Below are positions 9,251 through 18,945 of a DNA stretch of 30,050 bases, one piece after another. Position 1 is the stretch's first letter. The number at the start of each line of letters is the position of its first letter. The DNA is from Candidatus Omnitrophota bacterium (GTDB taxonomy: Bacteria > Omnitrophota > Omnitrophia > Omnitrophales > Aquincolibacteriaceae). The position numbers were made by a program, and so were the translations under genes. Below the pieces are notes generated by a model. The model was not told where the DNA came from. It ran no database searches and saw only the letters and a program-made list of their open reading frames with translations. The stretch lies in the NCBI GenBank assembly GCA_041653795.1, contig JBAZER010000027.1:1-30050 (forward strand). Direction: 5' to 3'.

Positions 9251-9505
9251 CTAAGAAAGGTGCTTGCTGACGAGTTTGGTCATCTCGAACATATTGACGA
9301 CCGACTTGCCGCCGAACACAACCTTGAGCGAGGCATCCGCATTGATGTTACGCTTGTTCGCCTGATCCTGGAGCTTGTTCTTCTTGATATATTCCCAAAG
9401 CTTCTTCACGACTTCGCTGCGAGGCATCGGGCCCTTGCCGACCACTACCGCAAGTTCCTCGCTTACACCCATAGGTTTCATAAACGCTGCGTTCGCTTTC
9501 GCCAT
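9251..9505 (-). CDS. Stand-alone SWIB/MDM2-domain protein (84 aa)
   Basis: Good fit to the SWIB consensus (PRSEVVKKLWEYIKKNKLQD..NKR.I..D..L..VFG...V.MFEM.KLVSKHL); RBS AAGGAG sits 8 nt upstream. Confidence 0.8.
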   Translation of the reverse strand: MAKANAAFMKPMGVSEELAVVVGKGPMPRSEVVKKLWEYIKKNKLQDQANKRNINADASLKVVFGGKSVVNMFEMTKLVSKHLS

Positions 9506-9650
9506 AATGCTTTCTCCTTTTGGTTTGAACCGAGTTCCCGTATCCGATGTCCCGGACCCGCGCCCACGGCCTTTACTGGGTTAGTATCATACAATACAGT
9601 TTCAAAGACGACAATAAAGCTTTTCTGTCCAAGTCTTTATTTCATTTGGT

Positions 9651-9800
9651 TAATGGTGACTTGGACTGCCCTGGTTACCCATTGATTTTTTCATGAGAAC
9701 CAAGGACTGTCCAGATCTCTTGTTTCTTTTTTATAATGGCGATCTGGACTGCCCTGATTACCCGTTGATTTTTGAATGAGAATCAGGAGCTGTTTCTGTT
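9651..9800. repeat. Two tandem ~70-bp repeats (9651-9725 and 9733-9800, ~85% identical) in the nrdR-SWIB spacer. Each contains a hairpin CC(C)TGRTT-[acccRttgattttt..atgag]-AAYCAGG, with a compensatory G:C to A:T change between the copies
   Basis: Read directly: arms 9669-9676/9698-9705 and 9752-9759/9781-9788. The single mismatch in copy a becomes a G-U wobble only in a minus-strand RNA. Confidence 0.5.
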
Positions 9801-9806
9801 AAGAGA

Positions 9807-10265
9807 CTATTTCGGCTTTGCCAGCAGAAACTTCAGTTCTTTCATAAAATGGCCCACATCCTGAAAATCACGGTAGACACTTGCAAAGCGCACATATGCT
9901 ACTTGATCGATCTTCGCGAGCTTCTGCATAACGAACTCCCCGATGACCCGGGACGGGACCTCCCGGTCGTATTTTTCGCGAATTGCGGTCTCAAGATCGT
10001 CTGCAACCTTCTCCTGAGCCGCAAGCGGCACGGGACGTTTTTCGCACGCTTTGTATACCCCGGCGAGGACCTTGGAACGCTCATACGCCTCGCGGCGCTG
10101 GTCCTTTTTTACCACGAACATCGGGATCTCCTCGACCCTCTCGTAAGTGGTGAATCGCTTGCTGCAAGCCGTGCACTCGCGCCGTCTGCGAACCACCTCC
10201 CCTTCGTTGGCCGCGCGCGAATCGATCACCTTGTCAGAATCCTGTTTGCAGAAAGGACAACGCAT
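9807..10265 (-). CDS. nrdR: Transcriptional repressor NrdR (zinc ribbon + ATP-cone)
   Basis: N-terminus MRCPFCKQDSDKVIDSRAANEG...C.ACSKRFTTYERVEE is diagnostic for NrdR; 152 aa. Confidence 0.9.
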   Translation of the reverse strand: MRCPFCKQDSDKVIDSRAANEGEVVRRRRECTACSKRFTTYERVEEIPMFVVKKDQRREAYERSKVLAGVYKACEKRPVPLAAQEKVADDLETAIREKYDREVPSRVIGEFVMQKLAKIDQVAYVRFASVYRDFQDVGHFMKELKFLLAKPK

Positions 10266-10280
10266 ACGGCCTCTTTTCTC

Positions 10281-11546
10281 TTATTGAAGTTCCGGATAAA
10301 GCGGAAACCTTTGAGTCAGGGCTTCAACGCGTGAAAGGACTCTCGCGAGATTCGCTTCTTCCGCGGGAGCCTTGAGCGTTTCATCGATGAGTTCGGCAAT
10401 GAGGTCCATCTCCTTTTCTTTCATCCCGCGCGTTGTCACGGCAGGCGTTCCCAATCGGACTCCGGATCCCTTGAAAGGAGATTCTTTGTCGAACGGAATC
10501 ATGTTTTTGTTCACCGTGATCTTCACTTTATCCAGAAGCTCCTGGACCTGTTTTCCGTTAAAACCTTTCACCGTCACGTCCACGAGCATAAGATGATTAT
10601 CCGTGCCGCCGGAGACGATCCTCCAGCCGCGCGCGGCCATCGCGCCCGCAAGTGTCTTGGCATTCTTCACGATCTGGGCGCTGTATTCTTTGAACTCGGG
10701 ACTCAATGCCTCCTTCAACGCCACTGCCTTGGCCGCAATCACGTGCATCAGCGGCCCGCCCTGGATGCCCGGAAACACGGCGGAATCGATTGCTTTCGCG
10801 TATTTCTCTTTGCAAAGAATCAGGCCCGCGCGAGGACCGCGAAGCGTTTTGTGTGTTGTCGTGGTCACAACATCCGCATAGGGCACGGGACTCGGGTGAT
10901 GCCCCGTGGCCACAAGACCCGCGAAATGCGCCATATCCACCATCAGAAGCGCCCCGACCTGGTCGGCGATCTTTCGTCCCCGCGCAAAATCAATGATCCG
11001 CGGGTATGCCGACGCGCCCAAAAGAATCATTTTGGGCTTATGCTCATTGGCCAATTGCTCCAAGGCGTCATAATCGATTTGTTCGTCCTTCGGACTGACG
11101 CCATACGGGATGATCGTATAGAATTTCCCGGAGTAATTCATTTTATGACCATGCGACAAATGGCCGCCATGCGTCAAATCCATCCCCAGGATCTTGTCCC
11201 CCGGTTCCAGCAGCGCCATGAAAACGGCAATGTTGGCCGAGGTTCCGCTGTGGGGCTGGACATTCGCGTGTTCGGCCCCGAAAAGCTGCTTCGCGCGATC
11301 GATCGCAAGCTGTTCGACCACATCCACGTTTTCGCAGCCGCCGTACCAGCGCTTCGCCGGATACCCTTCGGCGTATTTATTCGTCAAGACCGAACCCATC
11401 GCCTCAAGCACGGAAAGCGATGTGAAGTTCTCGCTTGCGATCAGCTCGATATTCTCGTTCTGCCGGCGGGCTTCCGCCCGGATGGCATTATAAATATCCG
11501 GATCAGTCTTCTTAAGCTGCGTTTGATCGATGATGCTTTTTTTCAT
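10281..11546 (-). CDS. glyA: Serine hydroxymethyltransferase. The real start is the internal [13 protein letters not shown]...; the ORF as listed (to 11657) is N-extended
   Basis: SHMT motifs (LIASENFTS..., PLP-lysine region [11 protein letters not shown]); ~421 aa from the internal Met; overlaps rpiB by 35 bp. Confidence 0.9.
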   Translation of the reverse strand: MKKSIIDQTQLKKTDPDIYNAIRAEARRQNENIELIASENFTSLSVLEAMGSVLTNKYAEGYPAKRWYGGCENVDVVEQLAIDRAKQLFGAEHANVQPHSGTSANIAVFMALLEPGDKILGMDLTHGGHLSHGHKMNYSGKFYTIIPYGVSPKDEQIDYDALEQLANEHKPKMILLGASAYPRIIDFARGRKIADQVGALLMVDMAHFAGLVATGHHPSPVPYADVVTTTTHKTLRGPRAGLILCKEKYAKAIDSAVFPGIQGGPLMHVIAAKAVALKEALSPEFKEYSAQIVKNAKTLAGAMAARGWRIVSGGTDNHLMLVDVTVKGFNGKQVQELLDKVKITVNKNMIPFDKESPFKGSGVRLGTPAVTTRGMKEKEMDLIAELIDETLKAPAEEANLARVLSRVEALTQRFPLYPELQ

Positions 11547-11982
11547 AAGCCCTAATTTTGTTAACACGGACCTCATGTCGTCCCCTTTCAAATGGTGTGT
11601 TGAGCCAGGTGTCCACGAGCGGAAAAATAATATCCTGCGGTAAAAACCCCGCGCCAAGGATCAGCATATTGGAATCATTATGACCCCGGGAAAGACGCGC
11701 TTGTTCGATATTTTGACAAAGCGCCGCGCGAACGCCGTCGACCTTGTTGGCCGCGATCGTGCTCCCGATCCCGGTGTAGCAGATCCCGATCGCCCGGTGG
11801 CATTCTTTGCTGGCCACTTTTTCAGCCGCGGCAAAAATAAAATCCGGATAGTCACAAGACTCGCTGGAAAAAGCGCCGCAGTCAACCACCTCGATATTCT
11901 TGTTCTTGAGAAAATCGATCAGCGTGTTCTTCAGTTGAATGCCACGGTGATCCGTCGCGATCGCGATCTTGGGTTTTATCAT
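11512..11982 (-). CDS. rpiB: Ribose-5-phosphate isomerase B (RpiB/LacAB family)
   Basis: [15 protein letters not shown]...[11 protein letters not shown]...[12 protein letters not shown], typical of RpiB; 156 aa. Confidence 0.85.
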   Translation of the reverse strand: MIKPKIAIATDHRGIQLKNTLIDFLKNKNIEVVDCGAFSSESCDYPDFIFAAAEKVASKECHRAIGICYTGIGSTIAANKVDGVRAALCQNIEQARLSRGHNDSNMLILGAGFLPQDIIFPLVDTWLNTPFERGRHEVRVNKIRAYEKKHHRSNAA

Positions 11983-11993
11983 AATTTCCGCCT

Positions 11994-13067
11994 TTAAGGT
12001 TGATCCAGCTGGAGAATCTTGTTCATATATTGTTTTATTTTCGATTCGATATCAAGCAAGGTCTTCTCGTAAACCTGCATGTCCATCCCGATGGGGTCCT
12101 CTACATTCAGCGTGATCGTCTTTTCCTTCACCGAAGGCAGCATGGCCGCCACGTCCTCCGCATGCTGTGCGAACATCGCGAGAACCAGATCTGAGCTCCA
12201 GAGGTCCCCTTTCCGGCAACGCCGGCTGCGAAACCCGCTGATGTCGATCTCGCGATTGCGCAGCACCAGCTCCGCCTCGGGCGTGCACGGAAGCCCGTCC
12301 CGCGCGCTCGTCCCGCAAGAAATGACTTCGATCTCGGAGGACAATCCCCTTCTTTCAATCTCGTGTTTGAGCCACCCTTCCGCCATCGGTGAGCGGCAGG
12401 AATTTCCCGTACAAACGATCAGGATGCGCTTGCTCGGGCATTTCCGGGATCGGATCTTTTCGATAGCCTTCTCCACATCCGCGCCTTGCGCCCCTTTGCG
12501 AAGAATCACCGGAATCTCTCCCGTGAGATCCATGACCGTCGAATCGTGCATCAACTCCGTCTTACCGCCATCGATCAGTTGATCGAAAGCGCCCTGCAAT
12601 TGTTCAACCACTTGGTGCGCTGTATGAGGCGAAGGTTTCCCGCTCCTGTTAGCGCTGGTTGCGATGAGCGGCTCCCCGACCTCCTGGATCAAGGCAAGCG
12701 CGATCTTGTTCCTCGGATATCTGATCCCGATCTTATGACCGGCAAGATCGGAGACGATCAACGTTACCGGTCCCGGCCAAAATTGCCGGGCCATCGTGCG
12801 AACGAGCGGTGTTTTTCTGACCTTGAGCGCATCGAGCATTACCCAGTCGCCTATGTGATAGGTAAAAGGTTTTGCGTCCGAACGCCTTTTGATCTCGCGA
12901 AGCCTCTTTTCAATCTCCGGGGCGCTCATCTTCCCGCCTATCCCATAAACTGTTTCCGTGGGAAATGCAATGATTTTGCCCTCTTTACAGGCATTCGCCG
13001 CTTCCCGGATAAGTGTCATATCCGGATCATAGCTGTCAATCTTGATCACTCCAGGCGTTACCATCAT
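11994..13067 (-). CDS. Fusion protein. The N-terminal ~205 aa are an L-threonylcarbamoyladenylate synthase (YrdC/TsaC) domain. The C-terminal ~150 aa are a low-molecular-weight protein phosphatase domain (CX5R P-loop CTGNSCRS plus a DP general-acid motif)
   Basis: YrdC motifs (FPTETVYGIGG, ATSANRSGKPS) followed by the LMW-PTP/YwlE-like signature (ILIVCTGNSCRSPMAE ... VEDPIG). Confidence 0.8.
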   Translation of the reverse strand: MMVTPGVIKIDSYDPDMTLIREAANACKEGKIIAFPTETVYGIGGKMSAPEIEKRLREIKRRSDAKPFTYHIGDWVMLDALKVRKTPLVRTMARQFWPGPVTLIVSDLAGHKIGIRYPRNKIALALIQEVGEPLIATSANRSGKPSPHTAHQVVEQLQGAFDQLIDGGKTELMHDSTVMDLTGEIPVILRKGAQGADVEKAIEKIRSRKCPSKRILIVCTGNSCRSPMAEGWLKHEIERRGLSSEIEVISCGTSARDGLPCTPEAELVLRNREIDISGFRSRRCRKGDLWSSDLVLAMFAQHAEDVAAMLPSVKEKTITLNVEDPIGMDMQVYEKTLLDIESKIKQYMNKILQLDQP

Positions 13068-13122
13068 GATGCGTTTAACCCTCCGTATGCTGTCAAATCC
13101 CGAGCCTGCACCCAGACCGGCG

Positions 13123-14406
13123 CTAGGCAGCGTTAGACTTTTCTTTGCTATCCTTTTTCAACAAAGCTTTCAGCTTTTCCAGGTCCATGCCGCTTTCCTG
13201 AAGGAACTGATGCATGTTCGCGCCGCCCTGGGCGTCCAGATTGATCCCAAAGAACTTTTGCGCATTTTCACCGGAAAGGATCCACTTGATATCGGCCTTT
13301 TGAACAGCTTGAGCCAAGGCCTGATACTTGCCAAGTAAAACCTCTTTCTGGACATCCAGCATTTTTACGTTCAGCGCGACATCATTGAATTCTTTTAAAG
13401 CGGCGGCAAGCTTTGATGTCCCGGCCGCATCTGCTTCTTTTTTGACCCTGATAATATCCGCTTCGGCTTTTCCGACGGTTTGGATCTGGTTGGATTGCCC
13501 TTCCGCTTCAAGCGTGAATTTCAATTTTTGAGCCATGGCAAGTTGTTCGATCTTCTGTTTTTCGATTTCGGCTTTTCCGACCTCTAGTTTCCGTAAAGCC
13601 TCGATACGCTGGCTATTGGCTTCCACCTCTCTCAATGCGATATCCTGGTTCTTGGACTGTTCCGAGATGCCGATTTGTTTATCCTTTTCGATCTGTCTTT
13701 TCCGGTAAGTTTCCTCTGCTTCGGCTTTGGCAAGCTCCGCCTCTTTAGTCGTGGTTGCGACCCGGATATCCGCGTCGCGGCGTATCTCGGCCGCGACCTT
13801 TCTTTCGATATCCTGGATGATCGTACTCCCCGGCGCATCCTTGATGTCCTTCAATTCGAGGTCCACAAGTTCGATCCCCCACTTGGGGAAAACCTGTTCG
13901 ACTTCTTTGGTGATCGCCTGATCCAGAAGCGAACGGTTCATATAAATATCCAGGATCGTTTGTTTGGTGGTAACCGTGCGACCGACGCTTTCCATAATGG
14001 CCCGCAGATCTTCCGACAACTTCATAAAATCAAAACCCATCTCCGCGGACGTGTCGGTCAGGATCAATCTTTCAACGGCCAGATTGATATTTTTGATATT
14101 GATGAAGCACATCAGATCGCAAACAAACTTGGCCATATCCCTGTCATTCAGTTTGATATCATTGACGGGAATCGCCAGATTGCAGAGAGGGAGTTTGTGC
14201 AGTTTTGTGATGAACGGGATGACCCAATAGGCGCTTTTGCCTTCCCGGGAGGAAAAGATTGTTTTTGAATTTTGGAGGATCCGGATATGGGTCTCATTCA
14301 CGGGAACCACACGGTAGAGCCCGAACATACCGCCTAAAATGTGCCGAAGCAGAAAAAGCACGGGCAATGCGGCGGTAACAATTATTATCAAAATCATCGG
14401 ATTCAT
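13123..14406 (-). CDS. Flotillin-like SPFH/band-7 protein (FloT/YuaG-like): N-terminal membrane hairpin, SPFH domain, long EA-rich coiled-coil C-terminus
   Basis: 427 aa with SPFH architecture and the flotillin-type KAEAE/QKIEQ repeat region; no nfeD partner adjacent. Confidence 0.75.
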   Translation of the reverse strand: MNPMILIIIVTAALPVLFLLRHILGGMFGLYRVVPVNETHIRILQNSKTIFSSREGKSAYWVIPFITKLHKLPLCNLAIPVNDIKLNDRDMAKFVCDLMCFINIKNINLAVERLILTDTSAEMGFDFMKLSEDLRAIMESVGRTVTTKQTILDIYMNRSLLDQAITKEVEQVFPKWGIELVDLELKDIKDAPGSTIIQDIERKVAAEIRRDADIRVATTTKEAELAKAEAEETYRKRQIEKDKQIGISEQSKNQDIALREVEANSQRIEALRKLEVGKAEIEKQKIEQLAMAQKLKFTLEAEGQSNQIQTVGKAEADIIRVKKEADAAGTSKLAAALKEFNDVALNVKMLDVQKEVLLGKYQALAQAVQKADIKWILSGENAQKFFGINLDAQGGANMHQFLQESGMDLEKLKALLKKDSKEKSNAA

Positions 14407-14437
14407 AGAAATCCTCCCTTTGATCGTTAGAGATGTT

Positions 14438-14938
14438 CTACTTGATCTTTTCCTGAAGTTTCCGGTTCTTTTCCCGGCTGCTTTCTATCAAAGAATGTTT
14501 GTATTTCCGGAGCTTTTCCGCCAGTTTCGCGTCCGAAAGGGCCAGGATCTGTACCGCCAAAAGACCGGCATTGCGCGCGCCGGGTTTTCCCACGGCCACC
14601 GTTGCCACGGGAACTCCGGCCGGCATCTGGACCGTCGCCAAAAGCGCGTCCAAACCATTCATCTGAGTCGCTGCCAGCGGCACCCCGATCACCGGCAAGA
14701 TCGTGCTCGCAGCCACAGCACCGGCCAAATGTGCGGCCCCGCCGGCACCGGCAATAATGACCTTAAGGCCCTTCTGCGTCGCCTGGGTCGCGAAATCCGC
14801 GACAAGGATCGGTGTGCGGTGCGCCGAAAGCACCTGCATCTCAAAGCTCACGCCAAAATCCTTGAGCACTTCCGCGCATTCCTGCATCACTTCCAGGTCC
14901 GAATCACTTCCCATCACGATCGAAACAAGTTCGTTCAT
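14438..14938 (-). CDS. purE: N5-carboxyaminoimidazole ribonucleotide mutase / AIR carboxylase catalytic subunit PurE
   Basis: [14 protein letters not shown]...SAHRTP...[13 protein letters not shown] pattern; no purK next to it. Confidence 0.9.
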   Translation of the reverse strand: MNELVSIVMGSDSDLEVMQECAEVLKDFGVSFEMQVLSAHRTPILVADFATQATQKGLKVIIAGAGGAAHLAGAVAASTILPVIGVPLAATQMNGLDALLATVQMPAGVPVATVAVGKPGARNAGLLAVQILALSDAKLAEKLRKYKHSLIESSREKNRKLQEKIK

Positions 14939-16215
14939 CGCAGCACCTCAATAGCCTTTTGACCGATGTCCCGGCGGCAAAAACCGCCTTCGAAATGAAT
15001 TTGTGTGATCACTTGATAAACACGTTCATGCGCGGCCTTCAGCGTATCTCCCCAGGCTGTCACGGCCAATACACGTCCCCCGGCTGTTACGATCTGTTTT
15101 TGTGCGTTGAATGCCGTCCCCGCATGGAAAACCGCCACGTCCTGTTGCCCCCTCGCGGCATCAAGCCCCAGGATCGAAAAACCTTTTTCATAGTGACCCG
15201 GATACCCGCCTGAGGCCATTACGACCGTGATGCACGCCTTGTTATACCATTCAAGACTTTCGGTTTCCAAATGTTCGTTGGCGATCTGCATCATGACAGG
15301 CAGAAGATCGGATTTCAGGCGCGGTAAAATCACTTCCGTTTCGGGGTCTCCGAAGCGGCAATTGTATTCGAGCACAAACGGCCCGTCCTGGGTCATCATG
15401 ATCCCGGCATACAGAACGCCGCGATAAGACATCCCGTCCCGTGCCATTCCCTCGAGGATCGGACGCACCGCGATGTCAATAATCCCTCCAATCTCCGACT
15501 CCGGGATCTTCATGCTCGGTGAAAAAGCCCCCATGCCGCCCGTGTTCGGACCGCGGTCATGATCATAGGCCCGCTTGTGGTCGCGCGCACTCGCCAGAGG
15601 AATGATCTTTTTCCCGTCCGTCAGCACGAGGATCGAAAGTTCCTCGCCTTCGAGTTTCTTTTCGATAATGACCTTGGAGCCAGCGTCCCCGAAACTTTTT
15701 TCTTCCATCATTTGTGTCAGTGTTGCGACCGCGTGCCCGGAGCTGTCGCAGATCACCACGCCTTTGCCCGCCGCGAGCCCGTCCGCCTTGATCACGACCG
15801 GCATTTCGGCCTCGATCACATAATGCTTGGCCTCTTTCACGTTTGTAAAGACTTCGTAACCGGCCGTGGGTACGCCGTATTTGGTCATCATTTCTTTGGA
15901 AAAAACCTTGCTGCCCTCCAGAAGTGCCGTATTGCGCGCCGGGCCGAACACCTTCAAACCCTTTTCATTGAATTGGTCCCAGATCCCGGCCACGAGCGGG
16001 ACTTCGGGACCCACCACAGTCAGATCAATTTTTTCACGGAGCGCGAATTCCAGAAGACCGCTGATATCATCCGGCGCGATGGGAACACATTCCGCATGCT
16101 GGCTGATCCCGGCATTCCCCGGAGCAGCATAAAGTTTTGTGAGGAGCGGGCTCTGCGCGATCTTCCACGCAAGCGCGTGCTCCCTGCCGCCCGAACCGAC
16201 CAAGAGGACTTTCAT
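14935..16215 (-). CDS. purD: Phosphoribosylamine-glycine ligase (GAR synthetase)
   Basis: [18 protein letters not shown]... ATP-grasp enzyme; ATGA overlaps with purM and purE. Confidence 0.9.
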   Translation of the reverse strand: MKVLLVGSGGREHALAWKIAQSPLLTKLYAAPGNAGISQHAECVPIAPDDISGLLEFALREKIDLTVVGPEVPLVAGIWDQFNEKGLKVFGPARNTALLEGSKVFSKEMMTKYGVPTAGYEVFTNVKEAKHYVIEAEMPVVIKADGLAAGKGVVICDSSGHAVATLTQMMEEKSFGDAGSKVIIEKKLEGEELSILVLTDGKKIIPLASARDHKRAYDHDRGPNTGGMGAFSPSMKIPESEIGGIIDIAVRPILEGMARDGMSYRGVLYAGIMMTQDGPFVLEYNCRFGDPETEVILPRLKSDLLPVMMQIANEHLETESLEWYNKACITVVMASGGYPGHYEKGFSILGLDAARGQQDVAVFHAGTAFNAQKQIVTAGGRVLAVTAWGDTLKAAHERVYQVITQIHFEGGFCRRDIGQKAIEVLR

Positions 16216-17231
16216 ATGATCGTAACTCCGCTCGAGCGGACGATCTTTCCGATCGGCCAGGAATTCAATTTAAAACCCTTCAAGACCTTTTGCGCAAGCC
16301 GGACATGACGTTTTTCAAGGATCACCACCATCCCGACGCCCATATTGAAGGTCTTGTACATTTCATGGTCTGAAACATTTCCAGCTTTTTGCGCGACGCG
16401 GAAGATCTCCGGAACTTTCCATGAATCACGATCAATTGTGGCGCCCAGCCCCTTAGGGATCACACGGGGCAGATTGTCATAAAAACCGCCTCCGGTAATG
16501 TTGACGATGCCCTTGAGCGGCAATTTTTTTACAAGCGCCAGGACCGGTTTCACGTAGATAATAGTCGGCGTCAAAAGTTTCCGGCCCACGGGACCTTTCA
16601 GTTCTTTTTCTGAAAAGATCTTCCGGATAAGCGAATAGCCATTGGAATGGAATCCCGAAGATTGAATGCCGAGGAGGATATCCCCCGTTTTAATCTTCCT
16701 TCCGGTCACGACTTTCTTGCGGTCCACCGCGCCGACTGAAAATCCGGCGACATCATATTGCGCCGCAAGCGCCGTCTTCTTGTCGGTATAAAACCCGGGC
16801 ATGATGGCCGTCTCGCCGCCCACGAGCGCGCAACCGGCCTGCCGGCAGCCTTCGGTGACGCCTTTTAAGACCTCCCCGATCACGTTCGTCTGGAATTTCC
16901 CGGAAGCATAATAGTCCAGAAAAAAAATCGGACGCGCGCCGGAGGTGATGAGATCGTTCACGCACATGGCCACAAGATCAATCCCGATCGTGTCGTGTTT
17001 TCCGAGAAGCCGCGCGAGTTCCAGCTTGGTCCCCACACCATCAGTCGAGGCCACAAGCAGAGGATCCTTGATGCCTGTTTTCGACAGGTCAAAAAGCGAG
17101 GCAAATCCAAGCGTGTCGCCGCAAACGCCCGGAGTGTGGGTCGAGCGGATAAGTCCCGCGATCTTCCGGTTGTACGCGGGGTCACCCTTAAGGTGCGGCA
17201 CTCCCGCCTTTTCATAAGTCCAACGCTTCAT
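16212..17231 (-). CDS. purM: Phosphoribosylformylglycinamidine cyclo-ligase (AIR synthetase)
   Basis: PurM N- and C-domains (…GLIRSTHTPGV…DGVGTK…). Confidence 0.9.
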   Translation of the reverse strand: MKRWTYEKAGVPHLKGDPAYNRKIAGLIRSTHTPGVCGDTLGFASLFDLSKTGIKDPLLVASTDGVGTKLELARLLGKHDTIGIDLVAMCVNDLITSGARPIFFLDYYASGKFQTNVIGEVLKGVTEGCRQAGCALVGGETAIMPGFYTDKKTALAAQYDVAGFSVGAVDRKKVVTGRKIKTGDILLGIQSSGFHSNGYSLIRKIFSEKELKGPVGRKLLTPTIIYVKPVLALVKKLPLKGIVNITGGGFYDNLPRVIPKGLGATIDRDSWKVPEIFRVAQKAGNVSDHEMYKTFNMGVGMVVILEKRHVRLAQKVLKGFKLNSWPIGKIVRSSGVTII

Positions 17232-17374
17232 CTTAGAATCTCCGGCAAAATGTCATTCCCGCAGGTTTTAAGCGGGAATCCAGAAAAAACATGGATCCCC
17301 GATAAAAGCACTCGGGGATGACAAAGGTTTATTATGTCAGACACTTTTCAAATAAAAAGAGCCAGCCCCCACGC

Positions 17375-18796
17375 TCATAGCTTGCAGCAATTCCTTTTAT
17401 GCTCCAGTTTATACTTGTCATCCGCATCATAGATTTTGGTCGGGTATTTCCCGGTAAAACATGCTGCGCAAAAGTCTTTCGGGTTTTGCGTCGTCGAACC
17501 AAGCATCCCCTCGAGACTCAGGTACCCGAGCGTATCCACGTTAAGGAATTTCATAATCTCCTCAATGCTTTTATTGGCCGCCAAAAGCTCTTTTTTCGAC
17601 GGAAAATCGATCCCGTAAAAACAGGGCGAAATGTGCGGCGGACAGCTGATCCTCATATGCACTTCCTTGGCGCCCGCACTCCTCAAAAGTTTCACGCGGT
17701 TCTTCGCCGTGTTCCCGCGCACGATCGAATCGTCGACCACAATCACTCGTTTGCCGTCCACGACCTGACGGATAGGGTTCAATTTGATCTTCACCTTGAG
17801 CTGGCGGCCCGCTTCTGAAGGACTAAGGAATGTGCGTCCGATATAGTGGTTACGGATGAAACCGTGCGAAAACGGTATCCCCGATTCCCTTGAATAGCCC
17901 AAGGCCGCAAAACTGCCTGAGTCCGGCACCGGGATCACGATGTCTGCGTCCACGGGATGTTCCCTGGCGAGCTGCCGGCCCAGTTTTTCACGCACAAGTC
18001 CCACGCTATCGTGAAAAATATTGGAATCCGGCCTGGCGAAATAGACGTGCTCAAAAATGCACTGCGCCTTGGCGATCTTTTCATCCTTAAAAGGAAAATG
18101 ACTGCGAAGCCCTTTACTGTCGATCACGACGACCTCGCCCGGCTCGATTTCGCGGACAAACTCCGCCTCGATCAGATCGAACGCGCAAGTCTCGGACGCA
18201 AGCACGTAACTCGGCCCTAATTTCCCGAGACAAAGAGGCCGGAACCCTTGCGGGTCGCGGACCCCGAACAAATGGTCCTCGGTCAGAAGAACCAGGCTGA
18301 ATGCACCTTTCGCGCGCTTTGCCGCCTCGATCACGCCTTCTTCATGAGAACGGTAGGATGGTTTGGCGATCATGTGCACAAAGACCTCGGAATCGATCGT
18401 GCTCCCGAAAATGGAGCCATAAGCCTCCAGCTCCGCGCGAAGGATCTGCGCATTCACAAGGTTCCCGTTATGCGCAATCGCGATCTGTCCGCGCGAATAA
18501 TCGACCTTGTAGGGTTGGGCGTTCAAAAGCGTCGAAGATCCGGTCGTGGAATAGCGCACATGGCCGATGGCGTTTTTCCCGGGGAGCTGCGCAAAAGAAG
18601 ATTCGTCGAACGCCTCACCCACATGCCCCATTTTCTTGACGAGATAAAGGTCAGAACTGTCGCTTGTGCAGATCCCGGCTGCTTCTTCGCCGCGATGCTG
18701 AAGCGCAAAAAGCCCGAGCTGTGTGATGCGCGCCGCCTGGGGATGATTGTAGATACCAAAGATGCCGCAATGATGCTTGATGTTTTCGCCGCTCAT
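17375..18796 (-). CDS. purF: Amidophosphoribosyltransferase. Start at the internal MSGENIKHHCGIFG (N-terminal Cys nucleophile); C-terminal Cys cluster of the Fe-S type
   Basis: Ntn-glutaminase CGIFG motif, PRTase domain; RBS GGAGAA upstream of the internal start. Confidence 0.9.
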   Translation of the reverse strand: MSGENIKHHCGIFGIYNHPQAARITQLGLFALQHRGEEAAGICTSDSSDLYLVKKMGHVGEAFDESSFAQLPGKNAIGHVRYSTTGSSTLLNAQPYKVDYSRGQIAIAHNGNLVNAQILRAELEAYGSIFGSTIDSEVFVHMIAKPSYRSHEEGVIEAAKRAKGAFSLVLLTEDHLFGVRDPQGFRPLCLGKLGPSYVLASETCAFDLIEAEFVREIEPGEVVVIDSKGLRSHFPFKDEKIAKAQCIFEHVYFARPDSNIFHDSVGLVREKLGRQLAREHPVDADIVIPVPDSGSFAALGYSRESGIPFSHGFIRNHYIGRTFLSPSEAGRQLKVKIKLNPIRQVVDGKRVIVVDDSIVRGNTAKNRVKLLRSAGAKEVHMRISCPPHISPCFYGIDFPSKKELLAANKSIEEIMKFLNVDTLGYLSLEGMLGSTTQNPKDFCAACFTGKYPTKIYDADDKYKLEHKRNCCKL

Positions 18797-18829
18797 AAGA
18801 ACTGTTCTCCATTTAATTTTAAAGGTTAA

Positions 18830-18875
18830 CAGTCCCAATACCTATCAATTTCAGCTTTGCTGAAATTGGGGCTGT
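18830..18875. promoter_or_regulatory. Nested dyad element AGTCCCAAT-acctat-CAATTTCAGC-ttt-GCTGAAATTG-GGGCT, 35 bp upstream of purF; a second copy is at 25391-25434
   Basis: 10-bp perfect inner inverted repeat plus an outer 9-bp imperfect one; not followed by a T-run on either strand. Confidence 0.4.
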
Positions 18876-18945
18876 CCAAACTGCCTTATTGGAAAAGAAA
18901 CCGAAAGTTTGGGCTGTACTAATACCGCAAACCCTCAAAATTTAT

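Noticed and set aside
10593-11555. 320-aa ORF on the plus strand
   Set aside because: Lies entirely antisense to glyA in a GC-rich gene; low-complexity Arg/Ala/Gly-rich translation typical of shadow ORFs; no RBS or family signal
15559-16308. 249-aa plus-strand ORF
   Set aside because: Antisense shadow of purD; same reasoning. All other long plus-strand ORFs (e.g. 18248..18829, 19304..20071, 20135..20923, 21416..22045, 22779..23642, 27167..28072, 12486..13136, 13675..14268, 14339..14962) are likewise antisense to well-supported minus-strand genes
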